Positions 23,566-42,785 of a DNA stretch of 64,000 nt are shown here, in pieces. Under the pieces are notes generated by a model that saw only the letters and a list, made by a program, of their open reading frames with translations, searched no databases and had not been told where the DNA came from. Source of the stretch: Klebsormidium nitens (taxonomy: Eukaryota; Plantae; Klebsormidiophyceae); the NCBI GenBank assembly GCA_000708835.1, contig DF237241.1, positions 45,961 through 109,960 of the forward strand. Reading direction: 5' to 3'. Every line of letters starts with the position of its first letter. Position 1 is the first letter of the stretch. Both the position numbers and the translations under genes were made by a program.

Positions 23566-26500
23566 ATGGAAAGTGGGGACGGCCCATCGGTGCGCCTACC
23601 AGCACGAGCCACTCGAGGGAAGAGGTCAGCCAAAAAAATGCACAATAGTGAATTGTTTTTCGAAGTAGAGCATATCAGCCAGGTGCCTACTTTCACTTCG
23701 CACATCTTGTGATCTGCGGTTTTGTGATTTTCTTTTATGGAAAGTCTGAAATGCTTGCTGAGTTCTCATGTGGCGGATGCACCTGCTGCAGGCTGAACAA
23801 GCTGATCGAGGAAGAAGACGATGCAGACAAGGCGTTCTGGGGCCAGGATGCATTCAACGAGGTGAGCGGCCTGATCCGTGTCCACTATTGCTGATGATGG
23901 TGGTGTCAATAAAAGGAACAAATATCTGTCACCATCACACTACCACCACCCAGTGGCGCAGATGCCAGGCCGAGGTGTGTAGCCTCCAGTATGGGCTCCA
24001 CTGCGCAGTCTTCATTAGAAGCGATCGACATCTTGAGATGGACCTTTGGCAACATGTTGAACCCCCTGGCAGGTCCCCATGCCCTTCTCTACCAAGGAGG
24101 AAGTGGCTCTAGGTCTGATTGTCCCAGCTACAGGGTCAATTTTGCGCCTTGGATTGGACCTACACACAAACTTGGCGGAGACTTTTTGAGAACATCTTGA
24201 GACACAGTCGTTCAAATCAACCTTGTGGGCAGTTTGGGATCGCCCACTTACTATCAGCTGCGCTCTCTGCCACTACCACCGTTACACCAGGATTTCTTTG
24301 CAGAGAAGGGCCTATTGTTGGAGCTCAGTGACCTTGACTCCGCAGAATTGGTTTAGGATTAAGCAGTCACCAGGCCGAAGCAAGATCTCGAAACTTCATG
24401 CCTGCTTGGGTCAGGGGTGCTTAAGAAGTCAATCATGGATCGATCTCGTTTACTATTGTCTTTCAGGAGGACCAAGAGGAGTACGTCTCTGAGGAGGAAG
24501 AGCAGGACGTGTTCGACAGCGACTTTGATGATGACGTGAGCCCTCAACCCAAGCTGATTTTATGCAAAGCATAGACCTTCACTTTCCAAGCAGCATGCGT
24601 CAATGTGATGTCCTTGCGACGTAAGAAGTGACCTTGCATCGCTGCCTTTGCTAGTCTTGGGAAGCTGAGTTTGAACCGCCTTGTACGCCCTTTCTGGACA
24701 GCTACGTCTGAGATACCACAGTAGTGATTTTGCTTGTAGATTGTTTATTATTTTAGAACTCTTGTCTGATATTTCCTTTTGGATTGCAGGAAGATATGGA
24801 GGACGATGGTGAGGAAGAGGCAGACGAGAGGTAGGCCGCATATTGCACAGCTCTCTCACTCTCTAGAACTTGTTCGATGCAGAAGTAGTGAATCGAAGTC
24901 TCTCCATCCTATCAGGTTTTATCCTCCACCCTCAAGCTGAACCTGACTTTTTCGCCTAACTGTCGCCAGCCATTCTTGCTAAACACGCGCTTCTAACTAT
25001 TTCCATGTCATGTCTAACTTGTCAATTTCCCCCGGTCTTCCTTTCCAGGCCGCAAAGAAAGCGGAAAGCCCCGCCTGGGGCCGCCCCAAAGCGCCCCGCG
25101 CGCAAGGCCGCAACTGCTGCCAAGGCCGCAATCACGCCCAAGACTCAGACCAAGTCCTTTGAAGCCGTGTTCCAAGACAGACTGGACGGAATCAAACCAG
25201 ACAAGAGCACTCCGAAGGCAAAGGCCGCCACGCCAAAGCGCCCCAGGGCAGAGCAGGATTTCGAGTTGGCAGAGGCTGGATTCGAGCGGCGGTCCAAGCG
25301 GGCAGTAGTGGTCGAGAGGAACGTGGAGAGGGAGCAGGAGGAGCGGCAGAGGGCCAAAAGCAGAAAACCGGTGAGGGTCAGAATGGCAATCTGTTCCTTT
25401 TCATTTTTGGGGAAACTCCAGATGTAATGGCCTTCGCAAAGAGCCGCTCACGTATATCAAGTTATCTTCGAGATAGCTTATAGTGAATGCTGCTTGTGCA
25501 AGGGTAACTTTGTGCGAGTCTGTGCTTCCTGACTCCCGCAACGCATTTGGGGACCTGCTGACTTGTTGCTCGGTGGTATCAGACTGTCTGATGAGCGGGC
25601 TGCTGTGGCTCTGCCAGGTGCCGAAAAAGAAGCCGGTGGTGGAGGAGCGGCGGCTGACGCAGGAGGAGATGCTGGCGGAGGCTGCGCAGACAGGCAAGCC
25701 TGGCCGCGCGCTGGACATAGTCTCCACTGGCCTCTTACCTTACTTCCGCTCTTATAGTTCGATTTGCTCACGATCCTATGGTTGGCATCCGAAAGCTGTA
25801 CTTGGATTTTGCTGTGTACTGCACCTGATATTGCGCTGCTGGGGCTTGGGTGTGTAACCGGCTGTGCACGGCATGCGGGGGGGGCTATGCCACTCCATTC
25901 TGGTTGAGACAGCCCGCTTCTGGTCTTGTCCATGCTCGCTGGTACTCTTTGGTTTCTGCTTGTCTCCCGCTGACCGGCTTCACTTAGTCAGAGTCGCTCA
26001 GAATGAAAGAACTGCCTCACTGCCATGTTCGCTGCGGTGTCGACTTGCGAAGAAAGACGCTCTGACTTTGGAGATGGTTACTCCTGACTTTGGAGATGGT
26101 TACTCTCTGCAGAGATTGCGAACCTGCAGTCGCTGGAAATCATGCTGGCGCGCGAGGAGGAGATCAAACGGAAGGCTATCATCCACAAGGAGGCGTTCGC
26201 AGGGCCGCAGATCCGGTACCACTCGAAAGACGGTGAGTGAACTTGATCTAGGAAGACAGAAAAGCTTGCTTGTTTTGTTCGAATACGGATCAAGTTCTTT
26301 GTCAAGGGACTCGTGATCCACATCCTTTGGGTGGTCCTGGGTTGAAAAGGCAATCCCCAAGCAGCGAAGCACCCCCGTGCAGACCTGCCTTCCGGATTGG
26401 GTGCTTTTCAACCTCAACTGCGATTACCTGCCGTTGGTTGGATGAGTATCGCAAGGACCACAAGTTTGTTTTTATCAACTCAACCTTGGTCTGTTCCGTC

Positions 26501-29150
26501 GTCAGGATCTCGCCTGCCTTGCCACCTTGAATTTACCACGGCTGCTACCAGATTTTTTGCCCCGGCGCTTCTTGCAAAGAAATACTGGTCTCGCCAGCCC
26601 TGTCCGCAGGATTTTCCTATCTATCCAGCATAAATCTTGTGTGCACCTCCATAAAAAGCCGGCTACCAAGAAGGGCGGAATAGGTGTTCGCGTGTAAATT
26701 GTGAATTTGCCCCTGAATGGGCCCGCTGTATCTTCCACAGGCTTGCGAAAGAGTATTTACACTTTCTATTTGTGACCAGGATGTGGTGGCTTTTCATTCT
26801 AGGATGTCAAGCCCAGCACGGTCTATGCAGGTCACACCGTGCTCGAGTTCACCCGCATGGACGCCTTTCCTGACGTCATCAATGCGAAAGCGGCCCCCTG
26901 TAAGCCACAGCCGCCGTAGAGCGCTCGAGCTGCGTAGTCGAAAGCTTAACTTTTACGCACACAACTGCGGTCACCTGTGATAACGCACGCGAATCAGAGT
27001 CGTACTTTCTCCATCGCAACATTCCCGCAAGTGCTCTCCTTTTGACATCAGAACTCTCACGAAGAGGTAAACTGACTGTCTGGGTCTCTTTCATTGCCAT
27101 GTTTGTGGGTTCCGATTCGTCCGAAGCCTCCAATCGTAAAGCTGTGCTGAAAGATGGCGCTCTCTTTTTTGTTGCAGATCCCCTAAGGTCGGTCTGCGCC
27201 GTCACGGGTCTGCCCGCCAAGTAAGCCGCCTCGTAAAAGCATTCTGTGTTGTTAGTAGGACGCGCCTAGTGCCGTATCTTACTGCAGCCTCCTTTTCGGA
27301 CGATCGTGCAAAGAGCTAGTAAGCGCGAGAAGATTGTGCCAAGAGCAAGTAAGCGCCATTAGTCAGTTGCAGAGCTTTCGTTTGAGGAACGTTGTCTTGA
27401 AAGGAGGCGCTTCACCTCATCACGGAGACGAGCTTAGCAGGGTCTTCCATTTCGGCTCTGGCTTTTTCTCGTGCGACTCAATACTTTGTAATTGCTCGTA
27501 GGCGTGCACGAAGGGTTTCCTTTTCTGACAGGGCCTCTGCAGAAGGTGAATTGCTGCAGGATGTGACTGAATTCCCTCAACTCTTCTTCCTTTTGCTTTC
27601 TATTGACCGACAAGCTCACCATCGTTCTCTTACTCTCTTTCCCTATGCTTTCCATCGACCGACAAGCCCCCTACTGCGTTCCCGTCTGCAGGTACAAAGA
27701 TCCGCTGACAGGCCTACCGTACGCGACTCTCGAGGCCTTCAAGACGCTGCGCGAAAGGTGAGGGCTGTTCTCGCTGCTGCGGACCTTGCTTGCACACCGA
27801 AAGCGTCGACATTTTCTGGTGAAACCTCCTCTTCTCAGCACCATGACCTTCGTCTGAAAGCGCCGTCTCAAGAAGCGCCCATCGATGGAGAACGTGACGC
27901 CTCGTACGTAGTTGACCTCTCTTTGGACGCAGAATACACGTTTGCCAGCTCATTCTCACGTTCCTCCTGCCGTTCCTGCCGCCATCTCTTACTACGCAAT
28001 ATCCGTTTCCCCTGGGTTGCTGTGCTTGCCCGTTTGCCAACGGTGCAGTACACCGAGCCACCCACTCGGAAGATCTCTCCCGACCCATCCCCCCCTCTCC
28101 TCTGCCCTGGTGGAGCAACCGGCGAGAGCTCCCCCGGTCACTTAGCATCGGAAACGAAGCCGCCCCAAAACCCTCAAACCCGAAACTCTACAAGAAACCA
28201 ACTGCGAACCTCAAGAATCCTTTCCTCTGCTCAGGTGGAGCGACCGCGGCAAGCGCCCCCGGCCCGCCAGCACCGGTGACGAGGCCTCCGGCCGTCGGCG
28301 CGCGAAGCTGGACGCCGTGGACAACGTCAAGCTGTCGAGCGCCGCGCTGGGGCTCAAGCGGGGCCCCCAGAAGAGCGTGCGGGGCCGCCCTTCGCGGCGA
28401 GCTTCGCCCCGGGACGGCGTTTCCCCGGGCACTTCCAGCGCAGAAGAGCGGTCGCTGGGGCCCGCGTCGCCTGCCGATCTGCCCCCCAGCCGCCTGTCGG
28501 TGCAGTCAGGGGCGGAGCAGCCACTCAGTGCGTCGGAGCAGCCTGTTACTGCGGAGCAGCGAGTTAGTGCGTCGGAGCAACACGCGCCGACGGTCGGTTC
28601 TGCGCAAACGTTTTCTGCGTTTGCCGCGGAACAGCCCTTGCCGAGCCTTCAAGACGTCACGCTGGACGACTTTGAGGTTGGCATCGAGACAGCGGCCGGA
28701 GATGAGGAACCCGGGCGATCGAGCGGTCCCGAGGTAGGGAATGCACAAGAACTTCGAGGGGAGAACGCGATCCTTGTTGCTGGAGAAAAGAGTGACCCGG
28801 CGAAGAGGGGTCAGCCGGCAAGTGCGCCCGAGCGGCTTCGAGAAGGCGGAGAAGCCGCAGCTTTGGATGCTGTAGATAGCGTGGTCGGGATAGACGGAGA
28901 AGCCGGTGTCAGACTTGATCCGCAAGGTTTGGGTACGGTTAAGGAGGACGTCACAGGAACGCCTCTATCGACAGCGGCTGCGGCAGTGACTCGGTATCCG
29001 CAAGCTGATGCTGAAGAAACGGGGTGTCCTGTTGGACAGGTGCGGACAGACGGGAGTGGTAGCGCCGCGCCAAATCACGATTCGGACGGAGGGTTGACAA
29101 TACGCACTGCCCCGAATAAACCCGCAATTGATCAAGCCCTCTTGCAGTGA
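23566..29150 (+). CDS. SWC2: SWR1 complex subunit 2 / YL1 / Vps72 homolog with a long C-terminal extension
   Basis: Spliced N-terminus MESGDGPSVRLPARATRGKR|LNKLIEEEDDADKAFWGQDAFNE, followed by DVFDSDFDDD and LTQEEMLAEAAQT|EIANLQSLE. YL1_C motif VCAVTGLPAK|YKDPLTGLPYATLEAFKTLRE. The last exon runs about 28236-29150. One GC-AG intron (25694-26112). Confidence 0.93.
26062..26105. repeat. Perfect 22-nt tandem duplication just upstream of a splice acceptor
   Basis: CTGACTTTGGAGATGGTTACTC occurs twice (26062-26083, 26084-26105), ending 7 nt before the exon start at 26113. Confidence 0.9.
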
Positions 29151-29652
29151 GTTTTGATTGATCGGAGCATGGAAACTTGCAACTGCGTTATGGGTGCTTC
29201 GAGTGCACTGCACAACCGCGCACCAAATGTCTTGCATAAAGAATGTGACATACTTCATTGAATCTGCCTAATCCAGGCCCGCTTCGCATGCTAGATTCGT
29301 GCGAAGTGAGTAAAGATGAGTCTAGCTATAGCTTAGTATAGCTTGATTGTTTGACTTCTGATATCATCATATAACAGCTCGACAATGATGTGAGAGCTTG
29401 CATGTGGAATCACTTTGGAATTTCCAACAGTTTCCGCCAGCAAAACACGATTCAACGCGTCACGCTGACAATCTGCCTCCGTGTCTTACATACTGAGGCA
29501 GTTATATAGGATTATCGTGGACCCGAAACGCGGGTCTCGACCAATCATGCTCATTGGACATTTCCATGTTATGATCTGTGGTGTACGGGTAAGATCTGGT
29601 ACGTAGGTAGTTGTTCATGTTTCAATTGCAGACACCTTCAAACTCAAACGAT

Positions 29653-29709
29653 TGTATGCCATGAGAAGCCTATGGCCGCACTGGCTACGGCGTACGAAAA
29701 GAGACCATC
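29653..29709. repeat. Dispersed short repeat, copy 1
   Basis: TGTATGCCATGAGAAGCCTATGGCCGCACTGGCTACGGCGTACGAAAAGAGACCATC aligns with 53629-53691. Confidence 0.75.
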
Positions 29710-30178
29710 ATGTATGTACCATCATGTGCCAGACATGGTCGACCGAGTGCCATGCACCAGGTTGCGAATTCTTGCGCATCGCAATGATCATGCATACACT
29801 AAGCTATCTAGGAGCTAGCTAGCTCGCACTAACCATTCTGAGTGGGGACAGATCTTAAGTTCAGCGCGTACTGAAGCCTCATGACCTAAGATCGGGTCGA
29901 CTTTTAGACTGATTGAATGTGTCTTCTACCCTAGCATATTGCCTAAATGTGGGCGGCAATGATTTCTCTACAAGTCCCTGCTATCTGCATTTGGCCTCCG
30001 CACAACCAGGTCCCTTCGAGGCCGCCCGCCAGGTGCGGAAGTCAGCTAGCCTAAATATCTCTGGCTTCTCCCATATGCTTTCTGCCTCCCTATTGTGCAC
30101 AGTCAATCATAGACTCCAGCGACGGCTTCGATCCTTTTAGTCTGAACCATTGAGTTGCTATCACCATTTCGATCCGAT

Positions 30179-32468
30179 CTACAAAAAGATCCGCTGGAAC
30201 TTAATTTCTCCCTCCAGGTCGCACTTGCAAACGGGGCATCTCTTTCGCTTCGCCCCCACGATTTTTTGGCAGCATTGCGCGCAGAACTTAGCATGCCCGC
30301 AGTTGCCTCCAATGAGCAAGTGACGGGTCACGGTGTCGCCGTCCCATTCTTCCTGTACACGGCGCACTCGCCAACCTGCGGAAAATAAGGGTGAGGTCAG
30401 ACTGGGGAGAGAAAGGGCGGGGTCAGAATGTGGAGAGAAAAGGCGAGGTCAGACTGCGGAGAGAAAAGGCGAGGTCAGATTGACGGGAAAAGGCAAGAAA
30501 AGTTGATGCGCGTCAAGGCAGCCCATTTGCTGTCAAAAGGGTGGCTCGATGATCGCGTCACGCGCAAGCATGAGTCTAAGCCAGCAGTTCAAGGACTGCT
30601 TTGAAAGCGACCAAGTGAACAGATCTTTGGGCGCTTCGTTTCGACGAGATCCAGGTGCTCTTGGGTAACGCTTGCGCGGAACAGGTAGGCTCTTACAGAC
30701 GGACAGACGCAGTGACTCAGTTCCCGAGGCTCGGGACTCCTTGACTTTGGTGTACAAAGTACCAAGGGGCTGTCGACCTGTTCTCTCAGCATAGGAGTGA
30801 TTCCATGCGACGGGGCAATTTTGCGGGCCCTGATTTTAGCTGGCGCGGATCTTTTCAACTGGGGCGCACTCGCACGCCAGCAGTGCGAACAACGGTTTTC
30901 CAACGCCCGGTTTTCCCATCTCAACTGTCGCTGTTTGTTGGAAATGCTCAAAGCGGACCACGAAGTGTGACACCCGTGCTTCTTACCTCCTGCAGCTCTT
31001 CGTGGAGGCGCTTCATCGCGCGCTCGAGGTTCGCTCCAGCTTCGAGCGTGCGCGCGAGTTCCTTGCGCAAAAGAACCGCCTGCAAAGATGGTTGCTGTTT
31101 GACTTAGCTCCCACCTCCTTTCCGGGCTCTTGAAGTTCCTTGCTGGCATCCCCTCGTGGAGCCTAAGAAAAAATTATTTTGCTTTTATCATCAGCTTCGG
31201 AAATACCGGCTTTAACGACCTTCCACGGCTATCCTTTTGTCATTCGCTCCGGCTAAATGAGTTTGAAGTGCTCGTAACGCATGTTCCGCGCCTTATCGTC
31301 CTACCCTTGCACCGTGTCCAGAATCTCAAAGGTTCGCAAGCGCCCACATAGAAACAACACTTCTGTTCGCCATCGAACAAAAACCGCACCCTCACCTCCC
31401 GCTCGTGCTTTGCCTTCGCCTCTTCCGCCGCGGCCCGAATCGCGTCCATTTCTTTCCTAAGCGCCTCCTTCTCCAGTTCGAGGCCCTTCTTCTCACCCTC
31501 AAGCATAGAGACCGTTTCTTTCGTTGCGCGCAGCGCGCACCCCGCCTTGGCGTTGCTCAGCTTGACTGCCTTCACCTCTTCCCTCTCCTCCGCCAAACGC
31601 TCCAGCACCGCTTTGAGCGTCTCCTCTCGCCAGCGTGCCACCTTCGCGCCCGGGTCGAGCGCGCGCATATCCTCCACCGTCGCGAGTTAGCAGAACACGC
31701 GCGCACACTCGTTCGCCTCAAGCGCGCACGCGCGCACGGCGCACGCGCGCTCCCAGGCGGCGCGCCCCGCGCCCCGCTGCTCTTGGCGCGCCGCGAGGTG
31801 CTGCGCCGACAGCAGCCCGCTCTCGTTCTCATCGAAGAAGACCAGCGCGGTTTGCCTGTAGCCCCTTGGATCCCACACAGCTTTCACGCGCCTGACCGGG
31901 TATCCCTTCGCCTGGAGAGACTCCCCGAGCACGTTCTCCAAGCCAATGCTCCGCTCATGGTCTCTCCCCCGATTGTGCCCGGGGCGCAAGCTTTGGGCGA
32001 CCACGATGGGCGGCTTGACAATGCTTCCTGGGTCAGCGATCTCCACTCTGAACTCTCTACTTGCCGTCTCTTCCCGGTCCGCAGAAATGAGTGTCTTTTG
32101 CGACTCTGCAATGGCGCGCGCGTAGCCCTCATGTGCCTTCTTTCGCGCTTCGACTCGTGTCACGTCGTTCGCATGCTGGAGCAGCGCCGCCAGGCTTGGG
32201 AAGCCGCGGTATGATCCGGCGCCAGACACGCAGACTGGGCACCGGAATGACGAGCCACCCGGTTTTGCGTGCCCGGTTCGTTGGGCCCGCTCTAGTTCCA
32301 ATTCCCGGGTCCAGTGTCCGTACCATGAGCCGCCCCAAGCGGCGTCCTCTTCCGAGCCGTCGGACTCTGAACAGCTTGGAAAGTCGAAAACGGAACGAGC
32401 GCTGGGGATCCCTTGTTCGCCTCCGGGAACTCTGGCGAGGGGGCCGAACCGAACGGCTCTGGCTGCAT
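30179..32468 (-). pseudogene. zf-XS / XS domain - coiled coil - C3HC4 RING gene (SGS3/IDN2-related N-terminus) with inactivating lesions
   Basis: zf-XS-like FRCPVC...SLAALLQHA...AHEGYARAI, then XS-like IVKPPIVV...VKAVWDPRGYRQTALVFFDENESGLLSA. There is an in-frame TAA at 31687-31689 (RVFC*LATVEDM), followed by coiled coil. Exons end at 31396 and span 31079-30987 and 30375-30179. The RING (ECAV/QEEW...CGHAKFCAQC...CPVC) is split by a 1-nt frameshift near 30356. The nearest ATG (32468) is out of frame. Confidence 0.8.
30393..30494 (-). repeat. 26-nt tandem repeat (about 4 copies) of a branch point/polypyrimidine/3' splice-site module
   Basis: Units GAGGTCAGACTGCGGAGAGAAAAGGC start at 30393, 30419, 30445 and 30471. 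On the minus strand they read (G)CCTTTTCTCTCCGCAG-TCTGACCTC. Confidence 0.85.
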
Positions 32469-33571
32469 GCTGACGTCAATCCGCACACAGAGGGCTGCTT
32501 GCTTTGAACTTGGATGGTGGACAGCTGTCCAGAGCTCTTGAATCAGCGCCGCATCTTTCAAATCAGTGGGTAATGAAATCCGCGTCTTCTCGGCGCCACA
32601 ACCTTTGTGACCGTGTCCAATGGCTGGAAGGGTGCATTCCCTTGCCCGGATCTTTTTTCTTGGAGGAATCACCATCCACGGCAAAACAAAGTGTCCTTCT
32701 GTCAGAGCGGCACGGTCATTCAGATCTAAAAGCGGCAAGTAACACTCGCTTCTCTTTCTCTGACTTCGCTGCGTGATGTGCCTGCGGCCTAGCCTGGAAA
32801 GCATGTTCGTGCCTCGCACACGGAACTGTTTGCCACTTCCACCAAACAGAGTTCACTCGCAGTACTGCAGACAGCCAGCACGAGATTCGACTTGTAGGTC
32901 GATTGCAACCTCAATCTCGAAGCGCATCGGTTGGAGGTGTCAACATGCATGAGCGCGGGGCGCAGATCGTTCGCGGCGACTGTTGCGCTTAATGTTGCGT
33001 GGCCCGACAGCATCAAGAACGTGACCGTGTCGCTGAGAAGATGTGGCACAGGTCGTTGAAATCCTGCAGACATAACGGGCTTCACAGGTTCAGTCATCGG
33101 TTGAACTGCATGTGAGTCCGGTGTGCCATGCTGAATGCAAGACGGCAGCTGAGAAGACTGAGCTGGTTACATCGAGCCCAGATGATGTTGGGTCAAGCGT
33201 TACGGATTTCCGTGTTAAGTGCGTTAACAGGCTCAGCCGGGACCTGCTTTGACGTTGAAGTCACGATATGGGGGCCGCGCGTGACTGGGTGGCCCCTGGA
33301 GGTGGCCCCGGGCCGCGAGCTCGTGATCCGCGGCCGCCGTCCGCGACGGAAACCACCGCGCGCGGCACTGCACCGACGCGCGGCCGCACCTTCGTAGAGT
33401 ACGCGGCCGCTTTGTCAGGAGGACGTTTCTAGAAAGATCTGATCCTGATGGAAAATGGTGGTGTGGGCAGGTGTAAAAGTGCGTACCATCCTGAGCTGAA
33501 GAGCTACAGCAGAAGCGCTCAGTGGTGGTAAAAGGGCTGCAGGACACACTAGATTGTACGGGTCCGGCACG

Positions 33572-40870
<7,299 letters not shown>

Positions 40871-42785
40871 AGGCGTCGGGGGTCACGTAAAGCTTTTTGA
40901 CATGCAAGAGTCAGCTTGCGGGCGGTCGAATTGATCAAGCCTCGTGATCTAGGTTAGTGGGATAGGTTACATGTGCGAACACGAATGGGAACCTCTGCGG
41001 AGGGGCGTTACAGTTTCACAGACAGAAACCCGCATAATTGAGCTAGGCCCAGGAGGTCTGCCTAACCGTCCCTTCGTACTTCTCGTGTAAATACCTGGTG
41101 AATCAATGCTTCTATCGCAAACAGGGAGATGCTACGTACCGCTGTAGTCCACATACATCTTTATCACGATCTGCAATCGGTCCCTGTGCGCGGGCATGGA
41201 GCATTGTGGTCTATAGCGCGCCGGCTTGTCAATGAGCTCATGGAATGATGTTGCACCAATCCGGTGTGGTAGCGGCTGATAAAGACGTTGGTAATTGCGG
41301 ATCTACGCGCATGAGCCTGCAAACGTACACGCGATCGGCACAAACGATCGATATATAACCCAAGCCGCGGATGCCGGGTGGGCGGGCGGCACATATGCAG
41401 CGCACTCTTTAGTATATTGCGGCGGGTAACCTGATTCACTTGTGTTCTTGACAGCCGTAAGGTTCTTAAGCGACGTCGTACACATATAGGACGTTGTAAG
41501 AGCTACATGGTCAAGTTGTGAACGGTGCGCGCATGGCTACTTCCTTGCATGAGTCTGCATCCGCAAGAGGCTGGTGGCATGTAAGCAGTCACTGAACTTA
41601 GCAACGTGGAAACGGTTGAATTGTAGCTTCACATGCTTAAGCGGCCCGGCCTGTCCATACTCATTGAATCAAGGCCGAAGTGAACGCATTCGCCTTGTTT
41701 TGATTTATCAAGTCGCTGCACAGTGTGGAAGTCTGAGAGTCGTTTGCACTAATGAACGGCATCCCTAAATATACAACTACCTACAACGCAATGTTCTTCG
41801 CAAGCTCTGTCAAACCTGGCCGGAGTGTGTCCGTCGTCAATCTGGGCCGTCTGCGGAACTCCAGCCATCCACTTTACTGGATCGAACTGCAGGCTACTTT
41901 CTGGGCGCACATTGAAAACGGACAGGCGGCCAACTTTGACAAAACCTGCAGTGAGCGTGGCAGGCCGCGAGCGACTCGGCTTCTACAACAACGCCTAAAG
42001 TCTACCATACCGGTTTTTGTCCAAGTCGAACCTAATATGAATTCAGATTCTGTCCAAACCAGATCTAATATGAGTACGACTAGAATCTGTATTGTCAATG
42101 TATCCAGTCGCGGTCTAGCTTGCCAATTGGAGCAGTGTCTGTTCGGTTAGTGTCAATTCTTGTATTCCAGTCAATCAGAGACTGGGTTGCGGCGCTCTGA
42201 TTTTCTGCCACAGTACTACACGGCAGAACCCACCATCTATCGGGCAGTGGTCAAATGGAATATGACGGAAGATAATCGTATTTGTACCCGATCCGTTCCT
42301 CCAGCCCCAAGTCCGCTCCTCTCCGGAAGGCCCGGACCGCTTCCGGTGTCGCAAGAGCGGTCCCGTTCACTTGCTGTCTGTGGTGCACCTGCGAAGAGCG
42401 GCGCGCGTCAATGAGCGGCAGTAGTTTAATTTGAAGTACACGATTTCGGTTTGAACTTTTCACCGGACAATTTTCATGCAGGCATAGTCTGTCAAACGCT
42501 ATTCAGCTTAGCTCGTTTGAAATCGATCTGAAAGAGAACTTCCACGTGTGAATCGCGTCTCGTTTGTTGAACGCATGGTGCCGAGACCCCGGTTTGATAC
42601 CACGCGCAGATTGTTCCATCAAAGAGTCAACAGATCCACGGGATGATCAAGGAGCTTGCAATCTGGCGCCGGATGTTTTCATTGAGAAAGCATCCACAGG
42701 GCGACCAAGGCTGGGGAGCAATGAACCCTGAGAGACAAGGCAATACTCCTCGTGGCTTGAGCCTCCTTTCATTCGACAAAAAACC

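Noticed and set aside
31405-32214. 269-aa plus-strand ORF
   Set aside because: Antisense shadow of the XS gene.
41752-42150. 132-aa intergenic ORF
   Set aside because: No recognisable domain or splice context, and the composition is intergenic-like.
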